Source of the DNA: Candidatus Staskawiczbacteria bacterium | Lineage (GTDB): Bacteria; Patescibacteriota; Minisyncoccia; Minisyncoccales; Staskawiczbacteraceae | Assembly: GCA_041661545.1 (NCBI GenBank) | Contig: JBAZUH010000001.1 | Coordinates: 275,877-339,876 of the forward strand | Reading direction: 5' to 3' | Length of the DNA: 64,000 nucleotides | In this document: piece by piece, positions 34,882 through 42,970 of the stretch | How positions within the stretch are numbered: position 1 is the stretch's first letter | Layout: every line of letters begins with the position of its first letter | The notes under the pieces: model-generated | The model's database searches: none | What the model saw: only the letters and a program-made list of their open reading frames with translations | What the model was told of the DNA's origin: nothing | Translations under genes and position numbers: made by a program

Positions 34882-35301
34882 TTAAATATTATCTTTCTTA
34901 ACAAATTTTGTCTTAATTGGCAATTTTCTACCAGCGCCCTCTAATGCTTGCCTAGAAACATCTTCTTTTAATCCATCTAATTCAAAAATAATTCTTCCTG
35001 GCCTTATAGCAAAAACATAATGATCAACTCCTCCTTTTCCTCCTCCCATGCCCACTTCAGCTCCCTTAAAAGTAACTGGTTTATCTGGAAAAATTCTTAC
35101 CCAAAGCTTTCCTCCTTTTTTTAAATATCTTATTATATACCTTCTGGCAGATTCTATTTGTCTTGCTGTTAACCATCTTGTGTCTAAAGATTTTAATCCA
35201 AATTTACCAAAATTAATTTCAGTTGCTCTGTTCTCAACACCTTTAGAGACACCTTTGTGCCACTTTCTGTGTTTAACTTTTTTCGGCATTAATAATGACA
35301 T
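34882..35301 (-). CDS. rplP: 50S ribosomal protein L16
   Basis: MPKKVKHRK.HKG pattern. Confidence 0.95.
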   Translation of the reverse strand: MSLLMPKKVKHRKWHKGVSKGVENRATEINFGKFGLKSLDTRWLTARQIESARRYIIRYLKKGGKLWVRIFPDKPVTFKGAEVGMGGGKGGVDHYVFAIRPGRIIFELDGLKEDVSRQALEGAGRKLPIKTKFVKKDNI

Positions 35302-35303
35302 AA

Positions 35304-35969
35304 TTATTCTTCAAATTTATCTCCTTTATATATCCAGACCTTTACACCAATTTTTCCATAAGTACATATAGCTTCGTCGTGTGCATAATCAATATCTGCT
35401 CTAATAGTGTTTCTTGGCAATCTGCCTTGGCTTAACCATTCTCTTCGGGCAATTTCAATACCATTTAAGCGTCCAGAAACTTCTATTCTAATTCCCTTAA
35501 CTTCCCTATTTGTCATAACCCTTTCAATAGATTTTTTTAAAACCCTTCTAAATGGCATACGCTTTTCTATTTGCTGTGCCGACATTTGAGCTACCAATGC
35601 AGATGAAGTCCAAGGATTCTTCACTTCTCTAATTTCTATTTTTAATGGTCTAGCTTTTTCAGTTGTCTTATTTTTTATTTTTCTTCTTATTTCAGTTTCT
35701 ATTTCTTTCTTTAAAATATCAATGCCATTTCCACCTCTTCCAATAATCATACCGGGTCTAGCTGTTTCAATAATTACATTCAACTTGTTAGCAGAATGCT
35801 CTATTTGTATATTTGCTACAGATGCTTCTATCAATTTCTTTCTTAAAAAATCTTTTATTAAAAAGTCCTCCTCTAAATATTGGGGCATTTTTCTACCATA
35901 AAAACCTCTGATATTCCAATCTTCTGTTTCTTTTATCCTAAATGATTTTGGGTGGACTTTATGTGACAT
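35304..35969 (-). CDS. rpsC: 30S ribosomal protein S3
   Basis: KH domain (GMIIGRGGNGI) and S3 C-terminal domain. Confidence 0.95.
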   Translation of the reverse strand: MSHKVHPKSFRIKETEDWNIRGFYGRKMPQYLEEDFLIKDFLRKKLIEASVANIQIEHSANKLNVIIETARPGMIIGRGGNGIDILKKEIETEIRRKIKNKTTEKARPLKIEIREVKNPWTSSALVAQMSAQQIEKRMPFRRVLKKSIERVMTNREVKGIRIEVSGRLNGIEIARREWLSQGRLPRNTIRADIDYAHDEAICTYGKIGVKVWIYKGDKFEE

Positions 35970-35970
35970 A

Positions 35971-36414
35971 TTACTTCTTTATTGTTTTACTTTTTGTCAA
36001 TTTTTTAACCTTTTTAACTACTGCCTTCTTTATTGTTTTAACTTCTGTTGTTTCTTTAATTTTTGTTTCTTTAATAGTTGGGCTTTTCTCTGATAAAACC
36101 AACGCAATGTGAGAAGATCTTTTTATAATAGGATATGCCCTGCCTCTAGACATTGGGTGCCATCTTTTTAATTTTGGACCCTCGTCAACAGTAATTTTGG
36201 AAATAAATAAGTTTGATTCATCTAAATGAAGATCATTTTTTGCAGTAGCTATAGCAGAATTCAAAAGCTTTAATACTTGTCTGGCTGATTTATTTACGGT
36301 AAACAAAAGTATAGATTGCGCTTCTTGCACTCTTTTTCCCCTAACCAAGTCTATTACTTGCCTAACTTTTCTTGGTGCTGTTCTTAAATTTGATAACTTT
36401 ACTTTTATGTCCAT
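35971..36414 (-). CDS. rplV: 50S ribosomal protein L22
   Basis: L..LR.APRKVRQVIDLVRGK.V.EA..IL pattern. Confidence 0.95.
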   Translation of the reverse strand: MDIKVKLSNLRTAPRKVRQVIDLVRGKRVQEAQSILLFTVNKSARQVLKLLNSAIATAKNDLHLDESNLFISKITVDEGPKLKRWHPMSRGRAYPIIKRSSHIALVLSEKSPTIKETKIKETTEVKTIKKAVVKKVKKLTKSKTIKK

Positions 36415-36423
36415 AATACTTTA

Positions 36424-36750
36424 TTATTTAGCTTTAGGAGCTGTAGTTTTAACTGCTACTTTTTGCTCTTCTCCAGACTCAATGGCTTTTTGCATTTTTC
36501 CTCCATGTCTTGAAAATTTTGTTGTTGGAGAAAATTCTCCTAATTTGTGTCCTATCATATCTTCCGAAACATAAACTGCTACAAAATCTTTTCCATTGTG
36601 CACACCAAACGTATGACCCATCATTTCTGGTGATATTGTAGAATGTCTTGCCCAGGTTTTAATAATCTTTTTTTCGTCTTTTCTTAAGCTTAAAACCTTT
36701 TGAAGCAATTTTTCGTCGACATATGGACCCTTTTTTAAACTTCTTGCCAT
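36424..36750 (-). CDS. rpsS: 30S ribosomal protein S19
   Basis: [13 protein letters not shown] pattern ...GHKLGEF.PT. Confidence 0.95.
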   Translation of the reverse strand: MARSLKKGPYVDEKLLQKVLSLRKDEKKIIKTWARHSTISPEMMGHTFGVHNGKDFVAVYVSEDMIGHKLGEFSPTTKFSRHGGKMQKAIESGEEQKVAVKTTAPKAK

Positions 36751-36751
36751 A

Positions 36752-37579
36752 TTATTTCTTTCTTCTGCTAATAATTAATTTATTTGACCATTTTTTCTTA
36801 TTTCTTGTTCTAACTCCTAATGCATGCTTTCCCCATGGAGTTTTTGGATATTTCAAACCAATTGGTTGTCTTCCTTCTCCTCCTCCGTGTGGGTGATCTA
36901 CCGGATTCATAGCTGAACCTCTAACATGTGGCCTTCTTCCTTTTAATCTTGATTTTCCTGCTTTTCCTACTCTATAAAATCTATTTTCTGGATTTGATAC
37001 CATTCCAATTGTTGCAAAACATTCTCCTTTGAATTTTCTTACTTCTGAAGATGGCATTTTTAGGTTTACATATCCTTCGTCATGAGCCAAAACTTGAGCT
37101 GAAGATCCTGCTGATCTTACAAGTTTTCCTCCTTTTCCGGAATCTAATTCAACATTATAAACCGAGCTTCCTACTGGAATATTTTTTAATTTAATCCTAT
37201 TTCCTACGTTCAATGGTGCTGTTTCTGAAAAAATAACGCTATCTCCTACTTTCAAATTTTGTGGAGCTATAATATATTGTATTTTTTCATCAGTATATTT
37301 TATCAATGCAATAAAAGCTGTTCTGTTTGGATCATACTCTAAAGCAATTACATTTGCGGGCATATCCATTCTTGTTTGAGAAAATTCAATTACTCTATAT
37401 AATCTTTTAACTCCTCCTCCTTTATGCCTTACTGTAATTCTTCCTGTGCTGTTAGATCTGCCAACATTTCTTTTTACGTATTTTATAAGACTCTTCTCTG
37501 GGCCTTTTTTTGTAAGCTGTGAGAAGTCTATTCCTGTCATGCCTCTTCGGGCTGGTGATGTTGGTTTATAATGTTTCAT
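36752..37579 (-). CDS. rplB: 50S ribosomal protein L2
   Basis: ...[18 protein letters not shown]... signature. Confidence 0.97.
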   Translation of the reverse strand: MKHYKPTSPARRGMTGIDFSQLTKKGPEKSLIKYVKRNVGRSNSTGRITVRHKGGGVKRLYRVIEFSQTRMDMPANVIALEYDPNRTAFIALIKYTDEKIQYIIAPQNLKVGDSVIFSETAPLNVGNRIKLKNIPVGSSVYNVELDSGKGGKLVRSAGSSAQVLAHDEGYVNLKMPSSEVRKFKGECFATIGMVSNPENRFYRVGKAGKSRLKGRRPHVRGSAMNPVDHPHGGGEGRQPIGLKYPKTPWGKHALGVRTRNKKKWSNKLIISRRKK

Positions 37580-37581
37580 GA

Positions 37582-38064
37582 TTACAATATTTCAATTTTT
37601 TGTCCTTCTTTTATTTTTACAATTGCTTTTTTAAATGATTTTCTAAATCCTTCTGTTCTTCCTAATCTTCTTTTTTTAGCTGGAATTTTTATTATATTAA
37701 CCGATAAAACATCTACTCCATAAATACCCTCTACCGCATCTTTTATTTCGTGTTTATTATAATTTGGTGCAACCTCAAATGTATATTGATCTTTTTCTGA
37801 TAAACCAGTTGCTTTTTCAGATATATGAGGCTGTTTTACAGCATCATATGAAAATTTCTTCGCCTCGCTAGAGCTTTTAGCGGAGGCGGGTTTCTTTGTT
37901 ATTTCTTCTCTTTTTTTGTCGCCTTCGCTCTCTGAGCTTTGGCGAACCGAGGTAGCCGAAACTTTCTTAGCCGGCTTGCCCTGAGCTTTATCGAAGGGTT
38001 TTTTTGCCGATTTTCTTGATTTCTCGGCCTCTTTTTTACTTTTTAAAAAATCTAATATAGCCAT
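37582..38064 (-). CDS. rplW: 50S ribosomal protein L23 with ~70-aa low-complexity N-terminal extension
   Basis: The C-terminal ~90 aa show the L23 pattern (YTFEV....NK.EIK.AVE..YGV.V..VN). The N-terminal extension is Lys/Ser/Ala-rich and encoded by GC-richer repetitive DNA. Confidence 0.9.
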   Translation of the reverse strand: MAILDFLKSKKEAEKSRKSAKKPFDKAQGKPAKKVSATSVRQSSESEGDKKREEITKKPASAKSSSEAKKFSYDAVKQPHISEKATGLSEKDQYTFEVAPNYNKHEIKDAVEGIYGVDVLSVNIIKIPAKKRRLGRTEGFRKSFKKAIVKIKEGQKIEIL

Positions 38065-38068
38065 TGTT

Positions 38069-38698
38069 CTATTTAGTAAATGTATTTTCTATTGTTTTAA
38101 TACTTTCTTTTGTTAACAATAAGTATTTTGAACTTAATAGTTGCAAAACATTTATGTTTCTTGCATCTTCAATATATGTTTTCTTTATGTTCCTTGTAGC
38201 CATAACAATTTTTTTATCGTAATTTGGCAACGCAACCAATGTAGCTTGATTATTGCATGGCAATTTACTTAATGAATTTGCCATTTCTTTTGTTTTTCCT
38301 TTTTCTAATTCAATCTTATCTAAAACAACTAAAAATTTATTTCTTGCTTTTTCAGATAAAACCATAAACAAAGCCTTTCTTCTCATTTTTTTAGGAATAT
38401 CTCTTTCAAAAATTCTTTCTGTTCTTGGACCATGAGTAACTCCTCCACCTTTCCATATTGGTGAACGACTTGAACCATGTCTTGCACGTCCTGTACTTTT
38501 TTGTCTCCATGGTTTTTTACCTCCACCACTAACTTCTCCTCTGGTTTTAGCATGAGCTGAAACTTGACGTTTATTACCAGACAAAGAAACAGAAATTTGA
38601 TGAACTAAATCAGCGTTAAACTTTACATCAAAAATTTCTTTTGGCAAAGTAACGCTTCCTGTAACTTCTCCGTTTTGATTATATACGTCTGTTTTCAT
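38069..38698 (-). CDS. rplD: 50S ribosomal protein L4
   Basis: ...GGGKKPWRQKSTGRARHGS.RSPIW.GGG..HGP pattern. Confidence 0.95.
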   Translation of the reverse strand: MKTDVYNQNGEVTGSVTLPKEIFDVKFNADLVHQISVSLSGNKRQVSAHAKTRGEVSGGGKKPWRQKSTGRARHGSSRSPIWKGGGVTHGPRTERIFERDIPKKMRRKALFMVLSEKARNKFLVVLDKIELEKGKTKEMANSLSKLPCNNQATLVALPNYDKKIVMATRNIKKTYIEDARNINVLQLLSSKYLLLTKESIKTIENTFTK

Positions 38699-38700
38699 AA

Positions 38701-39297
38701 TTAACTTCTAATTTCTAATAATGTACTTTTTGTTCCTGGAACTGCACCCTTAATAACTAATAAGTTATTATCTTTATCAACTTTCATTATTTTTAAACCC
38801 TTAACTGAAATTCTCTCAGATCCCATTCTACCAGGCATTTTTCTTCCTTTTATAACGTGCTGAGGAAATCTTGATCCAGTAGAACCTATTGTTCTTTCTT
38901 CGTGTTTTACACCATGAGTAGCATTTCTTCCATGCATACCATGCCTTTTAACTCCACCCTGAAAACCCTTTCCTTTAGAAATTCCAGATACTTTTACAAT
39001 CTCTCCTTCTTCAAAAATAGTAGCATTAATTTCGTCTCCAATATTAGAAGCATCTTCTCCGGCAATTCTATATTCCTTAATGTGTCTGTATTCTTTGCCT
39101 TTCATAGACTTTCCTATTTTGCTCTTTTTCTCTATTTTTTTAAATCCTATTTGTGTAGCTGTATATCCATCTTTTTCTTTATTCTTTTTTTGTAAAACAT
39201 AACATGGTCCAACTGCAACCAAAGTCACTGGCGTCATTTTACCATTTTTATCAAACATTTGTGACATTCCTAATTTGTGACCTAATATAAATTTCAT
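38701..39297 (-). CDS. rplC: 50S ribosomal protein L3
   Basis: G.KLGMSQ.F.....PVT......V...K... and GISKGKGFQG..KRHG pattern. Confidence 0.95.
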   Translation of the reverse strand: MKFILGHKLGMSQMFDKNGKMTPVTLVAVGPCYVLQKKNKEKDGYTATQIGFKKIEKKSKIGKSMKGKEYRHIKEYRIAGEDASNIGDEINATIFEEGEIVKVSGISKGKGFQGGVKRHGMHGRNATHGVKHEERTIGSTGSRFPQHVIKGRKMPGRMGSERISVKGLKIMKVDKDNNLLVIKGAVPGTKSTLLEIRS

Positions 39298-39312
39298 AAT
39301 TTTTAACTAAAA

Positions 39313-39367
39313 GCTGGGCAATTCGCCCAGCGCATATAGCAATGTTGTTACCCCCGCTAAGCGGGGG
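39313..39367. repeat. two GC-rich hairpins in the rpsJ-rplC spacer
   Basis: GCTGGGC-AATTC-GCCCAGC (39313-39331) and CCCCCGC-TAA-GCGGGGG (39351-39367, family-4 type). No following U-run on the minus strand. Confidence 0.7.
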
Positions 39368-39416
39368 AATTTAACTATCGCGCTTTTTAGACTTTTATAT
39401 CTAATTGAGTATGTTA

Positions 39417-39800
39417 CTAAATTTTTATCGTAATGTCAACACCAGATGGAAGGTTCAAATCCCTGAGTGATTCTATAATCTCTGCATTTGGATTTAAGAT
39501 ATCAATAATTCTTTTATGAACCCTCATCTCAAATTGCTCTCTGGCATTTTTGTGTACAAAAGATGACCTGTTTACTGTGTACTTAAGAATTTCTGTTGGT
39601 AGTGGCACAGGACCAGAAACTTCAGCTCCATATCTGTTTGCAATATCAATAATTTGCTTAGCTGAATTATCAATTATTTTATGGTCATATGCTTTAAGCT
39701 TTATTCTAAGTTTAAGCCCCGACATTTCTGGGGCTTTAACTTCGTCTTTATCTTTCTTAATAACCTTCTTCTTGATAGTGGTTTTTTTAGTAACAGGCAT
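39417..39800 (-). CDS. rpsJ: 30S ribosomal protein S10 with N-terminal extension
   Basis: LRIKLKAYDHKIIDNSAKQIIDIA...GPVPLPT pattern. ATG at 39800, 1 nt after the tuf stop. The track start at 39812 is a TTG. Confidence 0.93.
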   Translation of the reverse strand: MPVTKKTTIKKKVIKKDKDEVKAPEMSGLKLRIKLKAYDHKIIDNSAKQIIDIANRYGAEVSGPVPLPTEILKYTVNRSSFVHKNAREQFEMRVHKRIIDILNPNAEIIESLRDLNLPSGVDITIKI

Positions 39801-39801
39801 T

Positions 39802-40998
39802 TTATTTGACAATTTTGGTTACAACTCCGGCTCCGACTGTTTTTCCTCCTTCTCTAATAGCAAATTTACTCTTTTCTTCCAAAGCAACTGGCACAATTAA
39901 TTTAACTTTTAATTGAGCTGTGTCGCCAGGCATTACCATTTCTGTTCCTTCTGGCAATGTTACGTCTCCAGTAATATCAGATGTTCTAATATAAAGTTGT
40001 GGTTTGTATCCTGAGAAAAATGGAGTATGTCTTCCTCCTTCATCTTTAGATAAAACATAAACTTCTGCATCAAATTCTGTGTGAGGAGTAATAGAGCCTG
40101 GTTTGCAAAGAACTTGACCTCTTTCAATGTCTTCTTTTTTCAAACCTCTTAACAAAATTCCAACGTTATCTCCTGCCCTTCCTTCGTCTAAGCTCTTTTG
40201 GAACATTTCAACTGAAACAACAACTGCTTTTTGAGTTGGTCTTAATCCAACAATTTCAATTTCTTCGTTTGGATGAATAACTCCTCTTTCAATTCTTCCG
40301 GTTGCAACTGTTCCTCTTCCTTCAATAGAGAATACATCTTCAATAGCCATTGAAAATGGTTTGTCTAATTCTCTTGCTGGTTCGGGAATATAATTATCGC
40401 AAGCATCTAATAATTCTATAACTGGTTTAGCTGCTGGGTCATCGGCTGAAGTTGCTTCTAATGCTTTTGTAGCAGAACCTCTTATAATAGGAGTTTCATC
40501 TCCTGGGTAACCGTTTTTCTTTAATAATTCTCTAATTTCTGATTCAACTAAATCCAAAATTTCTGGATCATCAACCATATCGCATTTGTTCATAAATACC
40601 AATAATGATGGCAATCCAACTTGTCTAGCTAAAAGAATGTGCTCTTTTGTTTGTGGCATTGGGCCGTCTGGCGCAGATACTAAAAGAATACCTCCGTCCA
40701 TTTGAGCGGCTCCTGTAATCATGTTTTTAATATAGTCGGCGTGACCTGGGCAGTCAATTAAAGCATAGTGCCTTTTTGGTGTTTCACACTCTAAGTGAGT
40801 AATAGAAATGGTAACTCCTCTAGATTTTTCTTCTGGTGAAGCATCAATTTGATCAACGTTTCTGTCGGATGATTTCATTCCTCGCAATTTTGAAACTTTC
40901 ATAATTGCTGCAGACAATGTAGTTTTTCCGTGGTCAACGTGACCAATTGTACCTATGTTTACGTGAGGTTTAGACCTCTCAAATTTTTCTGTTGCCAT
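39802..40998 (-). CDS. tuf: elongation factor Tu
   Basis: [22 protein letters not shown] and SA(T)KAL GTPase motifs. 398 aa. Confidence 0.98.
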   Translation of the reverse strand: MATEKFERSKPHVNIGTIGHVDHGKTTLSAAIMKVSKLRGMKSSDRNVDQIDASPEEKSRGVTISITHLECETPKRHYALIDCPGHADYIKNMITGAAQMDGGILLVSAPDGPMPQTKEHILLARQVGLPSLLVFMNKCDMVDDPEILDLVESEIRELLKKNGYPGDETPIIRGSATKALEATSADDPAAKPVIELLDACDNYIPEPARELDKPFSMAIEDVFSIEGRGTVATGRIERGVIHPNEEIEIVGLRPTQKAVVVSVEMFQKSLDEGRAGDNVGILLRGLKKEDIERGQVLCKPGSITPHTEFDAEVYVLSKDEGGRHTPFFSGYKPQLYIRTSDITGDVTLPEGTEMVMPGDTAQLKVKLIVPVALEEKSKFAIREGGKTVGAGVVTKIVK

Positions 40999-41219
40999 TT
41001 TTACTTTTTGTCTGACGCCATAGACCTGGCGACAGATATTATTAATTTATTATTTTTTTATTTATTAATTTTTTTTAACGTATTATTATATTATTATATT
41101 ATTTTATATAAGTCAATAGTTTCTATGACAAATTACAAAACATTGACTTTATTAACATTTCAATTATACTTTATTATCAGCTATTTGACAATATACACCC
41201 ACAAAAAAGAGATAATGTC

Positions 41220-41540
41220 GTGAACAAACAAAACTTGCCCGTTACAAATCTTCGCTGCTTAAGAGACCCACATTTCTTGAAACATCCATGGCATGCGGGC
41301 CATTGTTCGTATGTTGGTTCGATAGATCCAAGAAGGGCTCACGAGCTACGCATGCGGAATAAACGCGCTGGCGGAATGGCCTTCGCAATGGTCGAAAGGC
41401 TTGAAAAATCAACCTGGGGTCCAGGGATCAAAATTAACGCCTCGCAAAGAAATTTTATAATTCGGGAAATCAAAGCGCTCGTGATGAGCACTTTTCCGCC
41501 AATGCCACCAACTAATCTCGAAGAAAGGAACACAAAATGA
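41220..41540 (+). CDS. islet ORF1, basic small protein (GTG start)
   Basis: 106-aa ORF in the ~50% GC cassette. Its stop overlaps the ORF2 start (ATGA). The tail is ...STFPPMPPTNLEE. ACACCCACAAA lies 25 nt upstream. Confidence 0.45.
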   Translation: MNKQNLPVTNLRCLRDPHFLKHPWHAGHCSYVGSIDPRRAHELRMRNKRAGGMAFAMVERLEKSTWGPGIKINASQRNFIIREIKALVMSTFPPMPPTNLEERNTK

Positions 41541-41869
41541 GAGACCGACTTATTGCTATCGCACGGAAGGCAGTTGGAAATACACGATTTATAGTAATTT
41601 CGCAAAAGGGTGATTACCTACGCGTCACACTAGATGGGTTTGATGTTGGAACTTTTATAAAACGTGGAGGCGGCGGCTATAGCTCAGATAACATGTTACT
41701 AGCCGAATCCATTCTCGGCTTAGAGCACCCACCCGAACCCGCACCCGCACCAGCACCAGCCGAATCAATCGAATTCGACGACGTTAGCGTCGAAGTGGGA
41801 GAAGGACTATTTGATGGAATCCCAGAGTGGGGTGAAGGCGAAGACGAGGACGCCGACGAAATTCCGTGA
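41537..41869 (+). CDS. islet ORF2, small protein with Pro-rich linker and acidic tail
   Basis: Preceded by GAAAGGAACACAAAATG. ...LGLEHPPEPAPAPAPAESIEFDDVSVEVGEG...EGEDEDADEIP. Confidence 0.55.
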   Translation: MRDRLIAIARKAVGNTRFIVISQKGDYLRVTLDGFDVGTFIKRGGGGYSSDNMLLAESILGLEHPPEPAPAPAPAESIEFDDVSVEVGEGLFDGIPEWGEGEDEDADEIP

Positions 41870-41908
41870 AATTTCAAACACCCACAAATTAGCGAAAAGA
41901 AAATCAAA

Positions 41909-42109
41909 ATGGCGGAAGAAAAAGTAACTGTTAAAATTAGACGAAGGAACAGAATCGCCGGAATTTCTGTTGCCAACGACATGATTAAATCCGGGTGGAC
42001 AGTTTCAGGGTTCGAACTTGTCGTTCCTCAAGGAACCAACATATACTTTGAACGGGAAATTCCCGACCCCCCAACAAGCTTCCCAGACTGCAATCAGAGG
42101 GGCCGGTAG
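41909..42109 (+). CDS. islet ORF3, small DUF4177-like module protein
   Basis: ...MIKSGWTVSGFELVVPQGTNIYFEREIPDPPTSFP. Module shared with ORF4 and ORF5. ACACCCACAAA lies 31 nt upstream. Confidence 0.55.
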   Translation: MAEEKVTVKIRRRNRIAGISVANDMIKSGWTVSGFELVVPQGTNIYFEREIPDPPTSFPDCNQRGR

Positions 42110-42147
42110 TATAATTACCAAACCAACGATCTGAAAGGAATACGGAA

Positions 42148-42360
42148 ATGAAATACGATCCAATATTGCTTAGCAGCGATGATATGAATAGATTCAGAAC
42201 AGATCTAATAAATATGGGAGAGGAAGGTTATCACACGATAGGCTTCCACGCAATCTCTAACTCTAGCGGAGTCACGTTGTATGCCCTAATGGAAAAGGAA
42301 CTTCCCAGCGACCCTCCTAACAACCTTCCCAAGCCACACCCCGAAGAACCCGTGGTATAA
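42148..42360 (+). CDS. islet ORF4, small DUF4177-like module protein
   Basis: Preceded by GAAAGGAATACGGAAATG. ...INMGEEGYHTIGFHAISNSSGVTLYALMEKELPSDPPNNLP. Confidence 0.55.
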   Translation: MKYDPILLSSDDMNRFRTDLINMGEEGYHTIGFHAISNSSGVTLYALMEKELPSDPPNNLPKPHPEEPVV

Positions 42361-42403
42361 CAATTAACTACTAATCCAGTAGAAAGCCGAAAGGAACACG
42401 AAA

Positions 42404-42868
42404 ATGAAAAAGTGGGAATATACAATTTTCTTTTTCCCTAAAGAAAAGATAGAATCAATACAAGGCCTCAGCAAATTTGGAAAAGAAGGCTGGCGAGTGA
42501 TACACGTAAGTGAAAACATGTTCGCCGCTTTACTCGAGCGGGAAATTCCCGAAACGGAAGAACCCGCGCCAAAAGCTCGCAAGAAGCTAACCGAACTTCC
42601 TGCCGAACAACTAGCGCCGGCGCCAGATTCTCCGGGCCAATGCAAATTGAATATGGATGAACAACCCCATCTAGATTGGTCCGCATCCAAACCAGCGCCG
42701 GCCGAATCAGTCGGCTTAGACGTCGCTGGCCACGACGAACATGGTTGCACATACGGACCAGTGGCCAAAACCACACCGCAAGCGCCGGCTTCTCCGGATA
42801 AAACCGGCGCGTATCCAGCATTTCCAAGCTGGGAAGAAGACGACGACAATCTTCGAGAAAATCAGTGA
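42404..42868 (+). CDS. islet ORF5, DUF4177-like N-terminal module plus long disordered Pro/Ala/acidic tail
   Basis: Preceded by GAAAGGAACACGAAAATG. MKKWEYTIFFFPKEKIESIQGLSKFGKEGWRVIHVSENMFAALLEREIPETEEP. The tail contains KPAPAESVGLDV, as in ORF2. Confidence 0.6.
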   Translation: MKKWEYTIFFFPKEKIESIQGLSKFGKEGWRVIHVSENMFAALLEREIPETEEPAPKARKKLTELPAEQLAPAPDSPGQCKLNMDEQPHLDWSASKPAPAESVGLDVAGHDEHGCTYGPVAKTTPQAPASPDKTGAYPAFPSWEEDDDNLRENQ

Positions 42869-42875
42869 ACCCTAT

Positions 42876-42901
42876 GCTCCAAAATTTGGAGCTCTTTTTT
42901 T
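42876..42901 (+). terminator. intrinsic terminator of the plus-strand cassette
   Basis: GCTCCAAA-A-TTTGGAGC followed by TCTTTTTTT, 8 nt after the ORF5 stop. Confidence 0.75.
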
Positions 42902-42919
42902 GCAAAAAAATTATGCCTT

Positions 42920-42948
42920 AAAAAAAATCCGCCGTAAAGCGGATTTTT
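42920..42948. terminator. bidirectional intrinsic terminator immediately downstream of fusA
   Basis: A-run, then ATCCGC-CGTAAA-GCGGAT, then T-run. On the minus strand it follows the fusA stop by about 25 nt. Confidence 0.75.
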
Positions 42949-42970
42949 AGTTTCAAAAATATTATTTTAA

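Noticed and set aside
41185-41216. TTGACA...GATAAT as the promoter of the islet
   Set aside because: The spacer between TTGACA (41185-41190) and GATAAT (41211-41216) is 20 nt, which is too long for a standard sigma70 promoter. The predicted start would also fall at or after the GTG of ORF1. The real promoter remains undefined.
41339-42905. Minus-strand ORFs inside the tuf-fusA islet (41339..41605, 41677..41982, 42231..42425, 42364..42849, 42468..42905)
   Set aside because: They are antisense shadows of the plus-strand genes in GC-rich DNA, and they overlap one another in different frames. Their products are low-complexity (Ser/Gly/Ala/Pro runs). The plus-strand set has conserved RBS blocks, coupling and a terminator; the minus-strand set has none.
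41000-42970. The tuf-fusA islet as a prophage remnant, IS or transposon
   Set aside because: There is no transposase, integrase or recombinase-like ORF. I found no terminal inverted repeats or target-site duplication at the boundaries. The origin is left as unknown rather than assigned to a mobile-element class.
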